Source: Eukaryota sp. GEM-RC1
Lineage: Eukaryota
Assembly: GCA_040285855.1 (NCBI GenBank)
Contig: JAUFOQ010000016.1
Location: forward strand, 3,348,001 to 3,412,000
DNA: 64,000 bases
Direction: 5' to 3'
Below are positions 26,375 through 39,432 of the stretch, in pieces. The position numbers and the translations under genes were made by a program. The first letter of the stretch is position 1, and each line of letters opens with the position of its first letter. Below the pieces are notes generated by a model. It was given only the letters and a program-made list of their open reading frames with translations, was not told the DNA's origin and searched no databases.

Positions 26375-26919
26375 TGAAACAGTTAGGACTACTGACCGAA
26401 GACGGACTAGTCATCCCGATTGACAATGCCATCCTGGCCACCGTGAACGATGAGTCCGAGTTCGACTCACGCATCATACAACCTTTCCACAGCCCCTCTA
26501 TCATTAACGTAGACTTTAATAAACATGTTTTTGATTCCGGTTATACAATACTTTTAGACGATGACACCAGAGCCGAGAGCTTATTGAACCTGTTTCAGAA
26601 GTTTTCTTCAATATTCTTAACAGCTCCTCACAAAGATTGCATCGATTGTCCTCCCATGGCGATCGACTTCTACAACGAGGAGTCCACTGTGAGACGGAAA
26701 CCTCGACGGCTCAATCCAATGAAACAGCAGATTGCCGAAGAGATTTTCGATGAACTTGTCCGTCAGGACCTTGCTGAGTTAACAACTCCCAATGGACAGT
26801 TCAGTTCACCGGTAGTACTGGTGGTCTATCCCGATCAACGTAAGCCCCGCCTTACGGGTGACTTCAGTGGTTCCGATGGAATTAACGCATTGACCCGAGT
26901 TGTCGAACCGAATCTTCCA
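26372..26919 (+). mobile_element. Ty3/Gypsy pol fragment (post-protease linker and start of RT)
   Basis: Matches 58974-59522; SSPVVLV..RLTGDF..IN. Confidence 0.85.
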
Positions 26920-29149
26920 ATTCTAAAAGTAATAGACAACAACACTACAGTGTAAGTTCTTGAAATTAAAAACACTTAAAGTTCTTCATGCTCTAAATTT
27001 GCTATTCTGGTTTTAATCAATGTGAAGGACAGATGTTCAGTTGCTTTGATTAACCAAATTCGACAGATTTATGAATTGTTGTCCAAAGATCTTCAATGGA
27101 TCACAACATTATAGGACTTGCATTCATGATGCTGTCATAGATCAAATTCGTGCAATGTGTAAGTCCCACAAAATCGAATCTTTGAAATCAATAATAGTGA
27201 TTCTGATAAGAGTTTTGGTAAAGAACGGCTGATGTCATGGTTCCATCGGTCAATGATGAACTAACGGCTGTTGATGTGATTACTGTGGATGTTTGCAAAA
27301 AAAGGGCATTTAACGATGCTAACAATGTGTCTCCACTTGATTTTTCAGAACAATACAAGAGAAACAAATATGATGTTCCCTTGACTACTCTCAAACATTC
27401 TAGACATGTTGAGTACGAATTATGTCCTTTTGCCATTTCAATTTATGGTCGACTTGGTAAAGAAGCTCTTTGTTTTCTCTGATGTTGAGATAGTTGTAAA
27501 AAAAGAATGAACAAGAAATTTGACTTTAAGTTTTGCTTGACTTGTATTGTTCATCAAAGGATTTGGCTTACATCTAGATTGAAGACGTTTCCTTTATTGC
27601 ACCTTTTGAGACTATACGAGCAATTTCTGCAGAAGCTGACACTTTGAATGAAGAGATTGGTTTAAATCTAAATATTGAAAAGTGTTTCGTTATAGGAAAA
27701 CAACTTAATTTATTAACAATTCGTTCAACTGAAGTACCTTTTATTAATTATCTTTCTGATTTCTTGATTGTTTTTGTTGGTAAAAAGGAGAATGTTGTCA
27801 ACAGTCTTGATGATTACTTGATTTAGATTCAACAAGAGTTGGATAAAATGAAAGTTCTTGAAATTAGAGAGAATTATTTGCTCTAAAAGTAATAGACAAC
27901 AACACTACAGTTTAAGTTCTTGAAATTAAAAACACTTAAAGTTCTTCATGCTCTAAATTTGCTATTCTGGTTTTAATCAATTTGAAGGACAGATGGTCAG
28001 TTGCTTTGATTAACCAAATTCGACAGATTTATGAATTGTTGTCCAAAGATCTTCAATGGATCACAACATTTTAGGACTTGCATTCATGATGATGTCATAG
28101 ATCAAATTCGTGCATTGTGTAAGTCCCACAAAATCGAATCTTTGAAATCAATAATTCAAAAATAGTGATTCTGATAAGAGTTTTGGTAAAGAACTGCTGA
28201 TGTCATGGTTCCATCAGTCAATGATGAACTAACGGCTGTTGATACGATGTGGAAGTTTGCAAAAAAAAGGCATTTAAGGATGCTAACAATGTGTCTCCAC
28301 TTGATTTTTCAGAACAATACAAGAGAAACAAATATCATGTTCCCTTGACTACTCTCAAACATTCTAGACATGTTGAGTACGAATTATGTCCTTTGCCATT
28401 TCAATTTATGGTCGAGTTGTTAAAGAAGCTCTTTGTTTTCTCTGATGTTGAGATAGTTGTAAAAAAAGAATGAACAAGAAATTTGACTTTAAGTTTTGCT
28501 TGACTTGTATTGTTCATCAAAGGATTTGGCTTACATCTAGATTGAAGACGTTTCCTTTATTGCACCTTTTGATACTATACAAGCAATTTCTGCAGATGCT
28601 GACACTTTGAATGAAGAGATTGGTTTAAATCTAAATATTGAAAAGTGTTTCGTTATAGGAAAACAACTTAATTTATTAACAATTCGTTCAACTGAAGTAC
28701 CTTGTATTAATTATCTTTCTGATTTCTTGATTGATTTTATTGGTAAAAAGGAGAATGTTGTCAACAGTCTTGATGATTACTTGATTTAGATTCAACAAGA
28801 GTTGGATAAAATCAAAGTTCTTGAAATTAAAAACACTTAAAGTTCTTCATGCTCTAAATTTGCTATTCTGGTTTTAATCAATGTGAAGGACAGATGTTCA
28901 GTTGCTTTGATTAACCAAATTCGACAAATTTATGAATTGTTGTCCAAAGATCTTCAATGGATCACAACATTTTAGGACTTGCATTCATGATGTCATAGAT
29001 CAAATTCGTGCAATGTGTAAGTCCCACAAAATCGAATCTTTGAAATCAATAATTCAAAAATAGTGATTCTGATAAGAGTTTTGGTAAAGAACGGCTGATG
29101 TCATGGTTCCATCGGTCAATGATGAACTAACGGCTGTTGATGTGATTAC
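26920..29149 (+). repeat. Backbone repeat, ~2.3 uninterrupted tandem units
   Basis: ATGGTTCCATC recurs at 27237, ~28205, ~29103; empty hAT site GTGATTAC at 27276-27283. Confidence 0.92.
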
Positions 29150-31555
29150 TAGGGGTGTACAAGACTCGAGTCGGACTCAGCTATTGTAAGTCTGAGTCTG
29201 AGTCCGACTCACCGTATCTGAGTCTGAGTCTGAGTCGAACTCAACTAGTCTGAGTCTGAGTCCGACTCACCGTATCTGAGTCTGAGTCTGAGTGGAACTC
29301 AACTAGTCTGAGTCTGAGTCCGACTCACCGTATCTGAGTCTGAGTCTGAGTCCCACTCATAATATCTGAGTCTGAGTCTGAGCTTGAGTTTCACATCATA
29401 AACAATCTTTATTAAGTACATTATTAACCATTATTATTCTACTGTCCACCGCTTAAGACAGACACATGCTTCAACATTTAAATCTGTTAGACGTGATCTG
29501 TCAGGAGCCACAACTCTTCCAGCTTGTGAAAAAAAGGACTCAGAAGCTACATTAGAGGCTTGAACTGATAGTGCAATTCGAGATGTTCTTGCAAGTGTAG
29601 GGAACTTTGATTCATTAAGTTTCCACCACATCAAAGGATCTTGGTCCATTTCAATCAGTCCATCACTGAGATAGATATCAAGTTCATCTAACTCAGTTAA
29701 TTATTCTTCGTTACGAACACATACTTTTATTCTTACAAGCTCTTTCATTAGAGATTTTTTTTTTGAGGGTTGTTCTGCGATTCTTCTGTACTTACTGCAA
29801 GATTTCCAACTTTGGATTCAATAAACTCCCTCATTGAACCCTTCAGCATCTCTTCATTCTCAATGTAACAACTTGGTAGGAAGCTGATTGTTTTTGAATC
29901 TAGGATCCAACACAAGACCGACATATCCTGCAAAATCGAACACACTTCTGTCACTTCGACGTCCACTGATATACTGCGTAAACTTTTCCAACACTTTTGA
30001 TGCTACGGCAGAAATAAAACCAGATTCACGTCCTTCTACAGGATCGCAAATTACTTTAAGCTTTTCCCATAATAAATTGAACAAAGTTAAACCTACGGAC
30101 ACAGTAACGGTAGACCTTGAAGAACAAATTTCAGTTAACTCATAGAAATCAGATAACAAGAAGATCAACAGCTGATGAAGATCTTCTCTTTCAGAAATGG
30201 TGAGTTTCAAATGCATCAACTTGTTGTCATTGAAAATCATATGATCTACAATGTCTATCAATTGGCTGTACCTTTCTAGCATCATGAAGGACGAATTCCA
30301 TCTTGTTGAAACATCAACAATCATGGAGGTGGTTTCAAGTCCTTCCAACTTGCATCTATCAGAAATACGTTCCCTCAAGTCTGAGCTTCTGTGTGATCTG
30401 ACACAAAACTCTCTAATTTTTTTGACGAAAAAAAAACCCTGATCTTCAAGAAAATTTGGAGTACTTCTGAATAATTGGTTGAGGGCAAGGTGAAGAACAT
30501 GCGCCAAACATCTTCTATGATAAACAATACCAGGTGTACCCAATAATTCCACAAATTTTGTTAAATCAATGTTTGAGACATTGTCTGAAGTCACAGAAAA
30601 ACTTTGTTCTCAAGTTTGAACTGTTATAGAACGTTTTTAAACTAGTATGTGGATGTTTAATTAATCCACAATCAAGGGTCTTAGTTTTGAGCCCAAAATT
30701 CTTATCGATGTAATGTACAGTAACTCCCAAGAATGGAGTACCACCTTTGCTGGTCCAAATATCCAAAGTGAAATTGAGTAAAGAGTTGTCAATCATAACT
30801 TCTAGTTCATTTCCAATACTTTCTTGTTTTTCCTTATATAGCAAAACTATATCTCGTTGGACAGTGTTTCGGCCAATTTCTTCATAGTTGGGACACAACC
30901 AATTAATTATTTTTCTGAACGAAGGACGTTCCACTTCTGAAAACGGATGACATCCATCAATGATGTATTCATTGATAAGTACACGAAGAAAGGACTGTTG
31001 TGCCTTAGTTAGTTTTTTGCTGAATAGGTGAATGAGGGGACGCAAATGGCAAGATCGACTGAGTTTCAAGAGAAGGAGGAATACGATCACCCACATAGAT
31101 GTTGTGGATGTTTGCAAGATGTTTTGATAGAATCGAAGAACTAGTAGATAAAGAGAAGCTGCTTTGACAGTGATTACAAAATCTTCGGTCGGTGTTATCG
31201 ACTACCATTACAGTAAAATGATCATCTCTAAAGTGTTTGGACTTCTGACGACTTGAAGAAGATGACATTAGGTTATGGAAGACAGCAAGGTTGTTGAAGA
31301 AAGAAAAGTGACACTATAAAAATCGTAAACTTCAAGTAAATTGCTGCAATTTTCCATTGAATGATTACCATGTTATGATTTATTATAAATAAGATAATGA
31401 TATATGAAATACCTGAGTCTGAGTCTGAGTCGGACTTAAGGATTGTGAGTCTGAGTCTGAGTCTGAGTCTGACTCGGGGGTTGTGAGTCTGAGCCTGAGT
31501 CTGAGTCTAGACTCAGCTCGAGTCTAAACTTGAGTCCAGTTTTTGTACACCCCTA
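29150..31555 (-). mobile_element. hAT DNA transposon, full length
   Basis: Same TIRs and same GTGATTAC/GTGTTTAC TSD. Confidence 0.95.
29434..31268 (-). pseudogene. hAT transposase pseudogene
   Basis: ORFs 31005, 30566, 29860, 29748, 29434; this copy reads LDCGLIKHPH where the others have a stop. Confidence 0.93.
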
Positions 31556-32677
31556 GTGTTTACTGTGGATGTTTGCAAAAAAAGGGCATTTAAGAATGCT
31601 AACAATGTGTCTCCACTTAATTTTTCAGAACAATACAAGAGAATCAAATATCATGTTCCCTTGACTACTCTCAAACATTCTAGACATGTTGAGTACGAAT
31701 TATGTCCTTTTGACATTTCAATTTATGGTCGACTTGGTAAAGAAGCTCTTTGTTTTCTCTGATGTTGAGATAGTTGTAAAAAAAGAATGAACAAGAAATT
31801 TGACTTTAAGTTTTGCTTGACTTGTATTGTTCATCAAAGGATTTGGCTTACATCTAGATTGAAGACGTTTCCTTTATTGCACCTTTTGAGACTATACGAG
31901 CAATTTCTGCAGAAGCTGCCACTTTGAATGAAGAGATTGGTTTAAATCTAAATATTGAAAAGAACGGATTTATGTGCGGAGAAAAACACATAATAAGATA
32001 CAAATAAATCAACACTATTAAAACAAATTATCAAACGAACTACCTAATTCCGAAAAGTAGTTGCCTCCAAACAACTTGGACAAAATGGAATCAACATTTC
32101 TATACATAGACTTAAAAATCGAACCGAAATTTCCAATGAAACTGCAAAAGGCTGAAAGACGATATTATTGTGTCTTCGTGAATTCAATGCAGCAACTTGA
32201 TGTCCGTACTTAGACACTTTGGCGTTCTCAGCGTCTTTCAGCGGATCATTTGAGGGATTCAAAATGTTGGCAATAGCTGAAGCTTTGCAAGGATCAACAG
32301 TCGTAAAATCAACAACAATTTCTTGGCATGACAACCAAGGGCCAATAAAATCACCACGTTTCTGAGTAGAATCAGGGTGATCTGAGAGATGAGAAAGTAA
32401 TGGTTCGACTTTGCCATGGAAACCATTCGCCTTAAACATTTCCAAACATGTATCTCGAAGACTGTTGTGCAAAATTGAACGACAATATATGAACTTTGAA
32501 CAATTGACCAAATGATGAAAGCTAGCCTTATGTTTGTTTTTACAGATACACGTGCTGTTCTGTAACAAACCAAATGGCCAAAAACCTAAACGAAGTCTCA
32601 TGCTAACAAGCCATTCATGATCTTTTAGATTAAAAATAAATCTCCCTGGCAATTGAGTAATGACCCAGTAATGACTA

Positions 32678-34235
32678 TGTAGGCCCAGCTGACCATTCTT
32701 AACCCCCGCCGTCAAGGCCTACTGAACCGGAGTTCCATCCTCCACCCATAATTCCCGTACAAGGGTTTATTCCAGTTACATCCTCTATGACGGGTTCGTC
32801 TGAATTATTCCAGGCCCCGCCTGCTCCTTACCAACAAGGGTTAACTGAAGTCGAACTAAAAAAAGCCGATCGCAGAATGTTGCAAGTCGGACGACAACAG
32901 GCTTATGATTTTCTATATGGTAGAAGACCGATTTTTGAGACCCCAAATCTTAGAAAGCGATTCCCTAGACCATCCCTGGCTGCCATAAGAGTCATTCGTC
33001 ATATGTTCAATGACGAGGTTCCACCCCTTGAAGGAACATTCACGATCCTGGATGATCAGCGCAGACCCCACTCCATTCTCATAGACCCGAGCGAACCCGA
33101 TTCTCTAATCCCTACTAAGAAATGTTGGGAAATCGTTCAAGATGTTCGCACTGCTCATTTATTCACAAAGAATCCTTCCCAAGGAATTCTACATCCGAAC
33201 CCAGTCACCTCTCTGTCTTCCAAAGACCCCGAGAGCTCCACAACGGCAATCGAAGACGTGGTCATTCAACCCACTGCCCTCAAACACCGAGCTCGAGTTG
33301 AACATGGAGCAGAACTCGCTCGTAGAGCGCAATCAAATCCGATCCCTAAAATGAAGGACGTTTCCAAACCCTCATTTCCTGCCGATCAATAATTTCCCAA
33401 TCCGCATCACGATGCTCTCTCTATGACAGATCTCGCCGAGACTTTCAGCTCATCGTCTATATCGAATTCATCTGGCACCCCGTCTCCCATGGCCATGTCA
33501 GCTTCCAATCCGGTAGAGGAATCCCCCGAACCATTATCGCACTCAGTGGTGACGGTTCAGCAGAAGTTCCCTGTTGATTCGTTAAAGAACTCGAAATTGC
33601 AACCAAAAATGCTAGAGAACTTGAAACCAGAGTCGGTAATCGATTTCGTAACCGTTTACCTTCAATGGAGTATTATGGATCCGAACCATAAAGCCCCTAT
33701 TGGAGCCCCTTTCGGTTGGTCTCGTCACTTTTTTGACTTGGTACGAACTGCAGCTCGGACAGCTGACCCTTCATACGTGCAACGTTTCGTCAAATTCAAC
33801 ATCCAGACCCAACTGTCGATGTCACGTGAATGGAACGGCACTACTCCTCTTCAACTTTGGATTGCGTTGCTCAAACGTACGCAGTATACAGACGTAACTG
33901 TTGCGCTCAATGAGCTGAACAAAATCAAAATGAAATGGTCAATCAACGACCCTGAGGAAAGATGGGGCGATTACATCAACAGATTACATCGCGTTCTTTA
34001 AAGAACACAAGCTATCTTACCCAAGAACGAAAAAGTTATGACTGCTTTATCAGACAAAGCCATAATCAAAGCCATCCTGGCTAATCTTGGAATAGTTTCC
34101 ATTTGGCTCGAACTCTGGCCAGTATATCAGGACTACAATGATATCCAAATGCATTTCTTCCAAGTGAAGCAACAAAACGACAATTGGTGCGACCGATGGA
34201 AATCGTCAGCAGCATCTGTTCAAAATGGACAGCGT
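32678..34235 (+). mobile_element. Internal Ty3/Gypsy gag-region fragment
   Basis: Matches 60876-62434; no LTR or TSD; filler DNA at both ends. Confidence 0.85.
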
Positions 34236-35400
34236 CGGTTGTCACAGAAGTCGTCACAGATGCAGGGAACAAGGATTCCCAAACATCAGGGTTCATACCA
34301 TCTACAAGATTTTGAAGTGATATAAGCCATTGACAAGGCGAATATCGAATGAGATCTTCTATAGACCAAAGTAAGGGATAACGTAACTTCAATTCATACA
34401 GCAGATTCTTCAAATGTTAGTGAAGATAACGATACCTAGTAGATATCTTCACCTCTGATGACGTGGCATCTATTCTTAAGGATCTCTAGCAACAATAAAC
34501 ACTTCTTCTTTCCATTTGTATCAACGTTGACCTTACGGCAACAATAATTATTGGCCCTCACTGCAGATGTTTTCTACCCGCGTAGTTCTCCCCTCACTTT
34601 CTTCCATGAAAGTAGAAGACGTACTCCTGTTCCTACAACAGTGGAAAGTGTACTCTTCCGTCACCCCGAAAAAGGACCTTGTTCCGCCAAGGCTCTCGTC
34701 GACCCCTTCTTACTAGAGTCTTTGATTCTTACTAAGCCGGGGTTGATGCCTCTGAAGAGGTTTTCTTGGATCACCTGAGATCCACCACCTCGTTCTCGAC
34801 GTACGAGGAATTCCACTCTGCAATATCTGAGATTAGAGTTGATGTCCGAGAAGGCGATGTCCGTGAACGAATGTCAGGCTACCTGAGGCGTTTCCTTCAG
34901 GCGAAAAGCCGGGCTTCCGGACTGAAGTTGCCTGACTCAGCTTTTATGACACGATTTGCTAAGGGGATCCTTCCCATGGGCTTGCAAAAATCGTTGATAG
35001 CTCGGATCCGCGATGAGGTCTTCCCTGACTTCTCTACCTTAGTAGATACTGCAACGGATGAGTTGCTTCATTGTTCCAGAGTAGCCTCATGGAATAAGTC
35101 TACAAGGATTCCTGCCGAAAACTGCGATCCCTCCCGTCAAGTTGGCACGAAATCTCGTTCTTCGGATAGATCTCGCAATCTGGCTAATGGTACTTGTTTT
35201 AAGTGCCATCAGAATGGCCATTTAGCTCGCGTTTGTCCTTCTAAGGTAAAACACGAAATTCACTTCCTGTCTCATGCAAATGACTCGTATCCAGGTCCCA
35301 AGCGTTTGTTGAACCCCCTTTCTGAGTTCAAATAAGTTCTCTGCACAGCTTCAAAAGAAATGGGAAAATGTAGTGTTAGTGAAGATAACGATACCTAGTA

Positions 35401-37664
35401 CAGTCAACTCTCTATAAATGCACACGATTGGGGGTGTGCACTTATGGGGTGTGTTCACTTATAGAATTTCCTCTCTTTCTGCCACACCTACACCCCATAT
35501 CAGCGTTGCTCACTTCATTCTCTTTTATATTGGTAATCAACAGTATATCTATGCTATCTAGAACTACATTCACCCAATTATCTCCTAGTTCTTCCTCACT
35601 CCATCTAAAACACTGTGTTTGACTGTTCTTGACGAGACAGCTTCAAAGGAGCAGTGATGTCGTCTCTCTCTGGATGTCTATGTAAATATCGTTGAACTCT
35701 CATGACGCAGATACGAGCTTCTTGAGAGGAAACGTCATCGTCTTCATCTTCCACAGGTGATGTGATGACATCTTCTTCATCTTCATCTTCTTCAGAAGCC
35801 ATAAGTCCCCATCTTACTTTCATTGCATCAACAATTTCATCATCCGACATAGCTCTTCCTCCTTCTCTTTCAAATACGGGGTAACAGTAGTCTGATGCAG
35901 ACAAGCCGTCATCGAGGTTGAGCTTTTGGATGTTACTATCTAGTTCTTCAATTTCACCATCTACTTGGAACATGCCATCGTCACTTTGGGATTGTGGCAC
36001 AAAACTCCAAATACCCACACGTTCCCAACAGTTCTTTATGGTGACTTCGGACACATTTGACCATGCTTCTGCAGACCAATTCATTGCCTGTAGAACGTTG
36101 ATTTTCTCAGCAGCTTTGTGGCTATTTTCGTAGTTATTGGCCTCAACTTCGTCAATTACATTAGTCAATAACAAATTTCGGTACTTCGCTTTAAAGCTCC
36201 GAATTATTCCAGCATCTAACGGTTGCAAAGTAGTGGTAGTGTTTGGAGGCAAATAAATAACTTTTAAGAAATGCAACTCCATAGAACCTAAGGAATGCGA
36301 AGAAGCATTATCACAAAACAACACACCTTGTTTACCATAAAGTTGACAATGATTATCGAGCTCTAGACAAATTTCTTGAAAATTAAACGTGAGCATACAT
36401 GCACTTTTGTTGTTACGATAGGTAAAAGGCAATTCCTCACGATTAACGTTCTTTAAACAGCGGGGATTTTCATAACGACCATGTACAATGGTAACTTAAA
36501 TGTGCTGGTCATATTACAACACAATACCAATGTCAACCGGTCCTTGGCTGTCTTATGACCTTCAATTTTCTTGTTGGCATTGGTACGGCTTGGCTGCATC
36601 CGGTAGTACAATCCAGTTTCATCAAGATTGAATACAAATTCAGCATCAAACCCTTCTAATTTATCGTCAAAGTTCTGTAAAAAGCTTGACACTGCCGGTT
36701 TGTCACGTGAAGCAGCTTCACCGCTCAGTCGCAGAGAGCGAATGTTGTATCGATTTTTGAATTTGTATAACCAACCCCCATCCAACACAATTTCATTATC
36801 AGAAATTTGAAAAACTGTTCTAAAGGTCTTTGCTTTGGTCGTTATGACTTCGTCAGTCATCACAATCCGGTCCTGGTATGCCAAGAACCATTCATAGACG
36901 GCAGCATCGAACGCTGGAAATTTGACGGGTTTAATCCGTTTTGCATTACCGTTTAGAGACATGTAAGTCGCGTCATGAAGGGTTTCGGACTTCGATAAGA
37001 TTCTCCCAACAGTTGTTCGATGAATCTTTAGGCCATAGGTGTTAAGAACCCACTGTATTAGCATTTGGGTGGTTCGTTTGGGCATTTGAGAGGCCTGATA
37101 GCAAACAAAACGTTTCTGGTGATAGGTCAAGGTGGTTTTCTTGGACATTAGGAAGAAGTGAGACGCAGGCAAAATTGTTTTTAAGGAAAACTGCCACTGC
37201 TACTCCTCAAATATCTTGTGGATTACAGATATGACTCAAAACAGTAGTTATAGACATGATTTATTGATTGCATGAAAGATAGGTTAGAGAACGACGATAC
37301 TATATGGATTCTACAGAAGAGTGTCAGGATTACTAGAAGCTGATAGGTTAAGCGCATCAAGTAAGGAGAGATGCGATGATGAGACAACAAGAGCCTGCAG
37401 GAAGATGACGATATCGATATTCCATGAGAATCTTCCATGTTTTAAAGCAACTGACAGATAGGAAAGATCATTATGAGTAAGATTCTAGGAGGTCAAGAGA
37501 GGACACATGGTTTCACGAACTTATGTACACTATGAGAACTAACAACTCACTTATTTGTAGACATAGGGACTTTATAAGGCCTCAGGCACAGTTATAAGAA
37601 ACAATCAGTGTTAAAATATTGGGGGTTTGCACTTATGGGGTGTGCATTTATAGAGAGTTGACTG
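35401..37664 (-). mobile_element. pogo-like transposon (copy 5)
   Basis: TIRs, TA TSD; least damaged N-terminal half (ORF 36453-37172). Confidence 0.95.
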
Positions 37665-39432
37665 TAGATATCTTCACCTCTGATGACGTGGCATCTATTC
37701 TTAAGGATCTCTAGCAACAATAAACACTTCTTCTTTCCATTTGTATCAACGTTGACCTTACGGCAACACAAACATCCTAAAAAGGCACCTTCACGCATAT
37801 AACGAGCTTTGGAAAACCAATTCCACCAAATCTCACAGCAGCAAATGAATGACGATGAATGGAAAGTTTTTTCGACTCTACCAGCTCTGACAAAAACTCT
37901 GTTCTCAGAGCGTTAAAACGACGAGAAAGGTCTACCGTAAGCTCAGGAGGTAACCCACGTAAAAAATGATTGACTTTACCTGCAAAACAAACTTGCGATG
38001 TTTGCAAAAAAAGGGCATTTAAGGATGCTAACAATGAAGTGTCTCCACTTGATTTTTCAGAACAATACAAGAGAAACAAATATCATGTTCCCTTGACTAC
38101 TCTCAAACATTCTAGAAATGTTGAGTACGAATTATGTCCTTTGCCATTTCAATTTATGGTCGACTTGGTAAAGAAGCTCTTTGTTTTCTCTGATGTTGAG
38201 ATAGTTGTAAAAAAAGAATGAACAAGAAATTTGACTTTAAGTTTTGCTTGACTTGTATTGTTCATCAAAGGATTTGGCTTACATCTAGATTGAAGAGGTT
38301 TCCTTTATTGCACTTTTTGAGACTATACGAGCAATTTCTGCAGAAGCTGCCACTTTGAATGAAGAGATTGGTTTAAATCTAAATATTGAAAAGAACGGAT
38401 TTATGTGCGGAGAAAAACACATAATAAGATACAAATAAATAAACACTATTAAAACAAATTATCAAACGAACTACCTAATTCCGAAAAGTAGTTGCCTCCA
38501 AACAACTTGGACAAAATGGAATCAACATATCTATACATAGACTTAAAAATCGAACCGAAATTTCCAATGAAACTGCAAAATGCTGAAAGACGATATTATT
38601 GTGTCTTCGTGAATTCAATGCAGCAACTTGATGTCCGTACTTAGACACTTTGGCGTTCTCAGCGTCTTTCAGCGGATCATTTGAGGGATTCAAAATGTTG
38701 GCAATAGCTGAAGCTTTGCAAGGATCAACAGTCGTAAAATCAACAACAATTTCTTGGCATGACAACCAAGGGCCAATAAAATCACCACGTTTCTGAGTAG
38801 AATCAGGGTGATCTGAAAGATGAGAAAGTAATGGTTCGACTTTGCCATGGAAACCATTCGCCTTAAACATTTCCAAACATGTATCTCGAAGACTGTTGTG
38901 CAAAATTGAACGACAATATATGAACTTTGAACAATTGACCAAATGATGAAAGCTAGCCTTATGTTTGTTTTTACAGATACACGTGCTGTTCTGTAACAAA
39001 CCAAATGGCCAAAAACCTAAACGAAGTCTCATGCTAACAAGCCATTCATGATCTTTTAGATTAAAAATAAATCTCCCTGGCAATTGAGTAATGAAAGTAG
39101 ATGCTGAATCACTACTCATGTCTTGTAAAAATGCACAGAAAGCGGGACTTTTAACTTTAGCCAAGCTAATGCAGTTAGTATAGTCCAAGCTCTCATGAAA
39201 AGATACAAATTTCTTCTGAAATTTTCTAACACCAAGAGGAAGGGAAAAAAGCGTACGTTGAGGTGTTTCCGTCACAGATGCAGGGAACAAGGATTCCCAA
39301 ACATCAGGGTTCATACCATCTACAAGATTTTGAAGTGATATAAGCCATTGACAAGGCGAATATCGAATGAGATCTTCTTTAGACCAAAGTAAGGGATAAC
39401 GTAACTTAAATTCATACAGCAGATTCTTCAAA

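Larger units (their letters stand above)
31963..37996 (-). mobile_element. Composite unit with a captured Ty3 gag segment inside the non-LTR ORF
   Basis: Non-LTR 31963-32663 and 34252-34414; LTR element 34415-37768; pogo 35401-37664. Confidence 0.88.
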
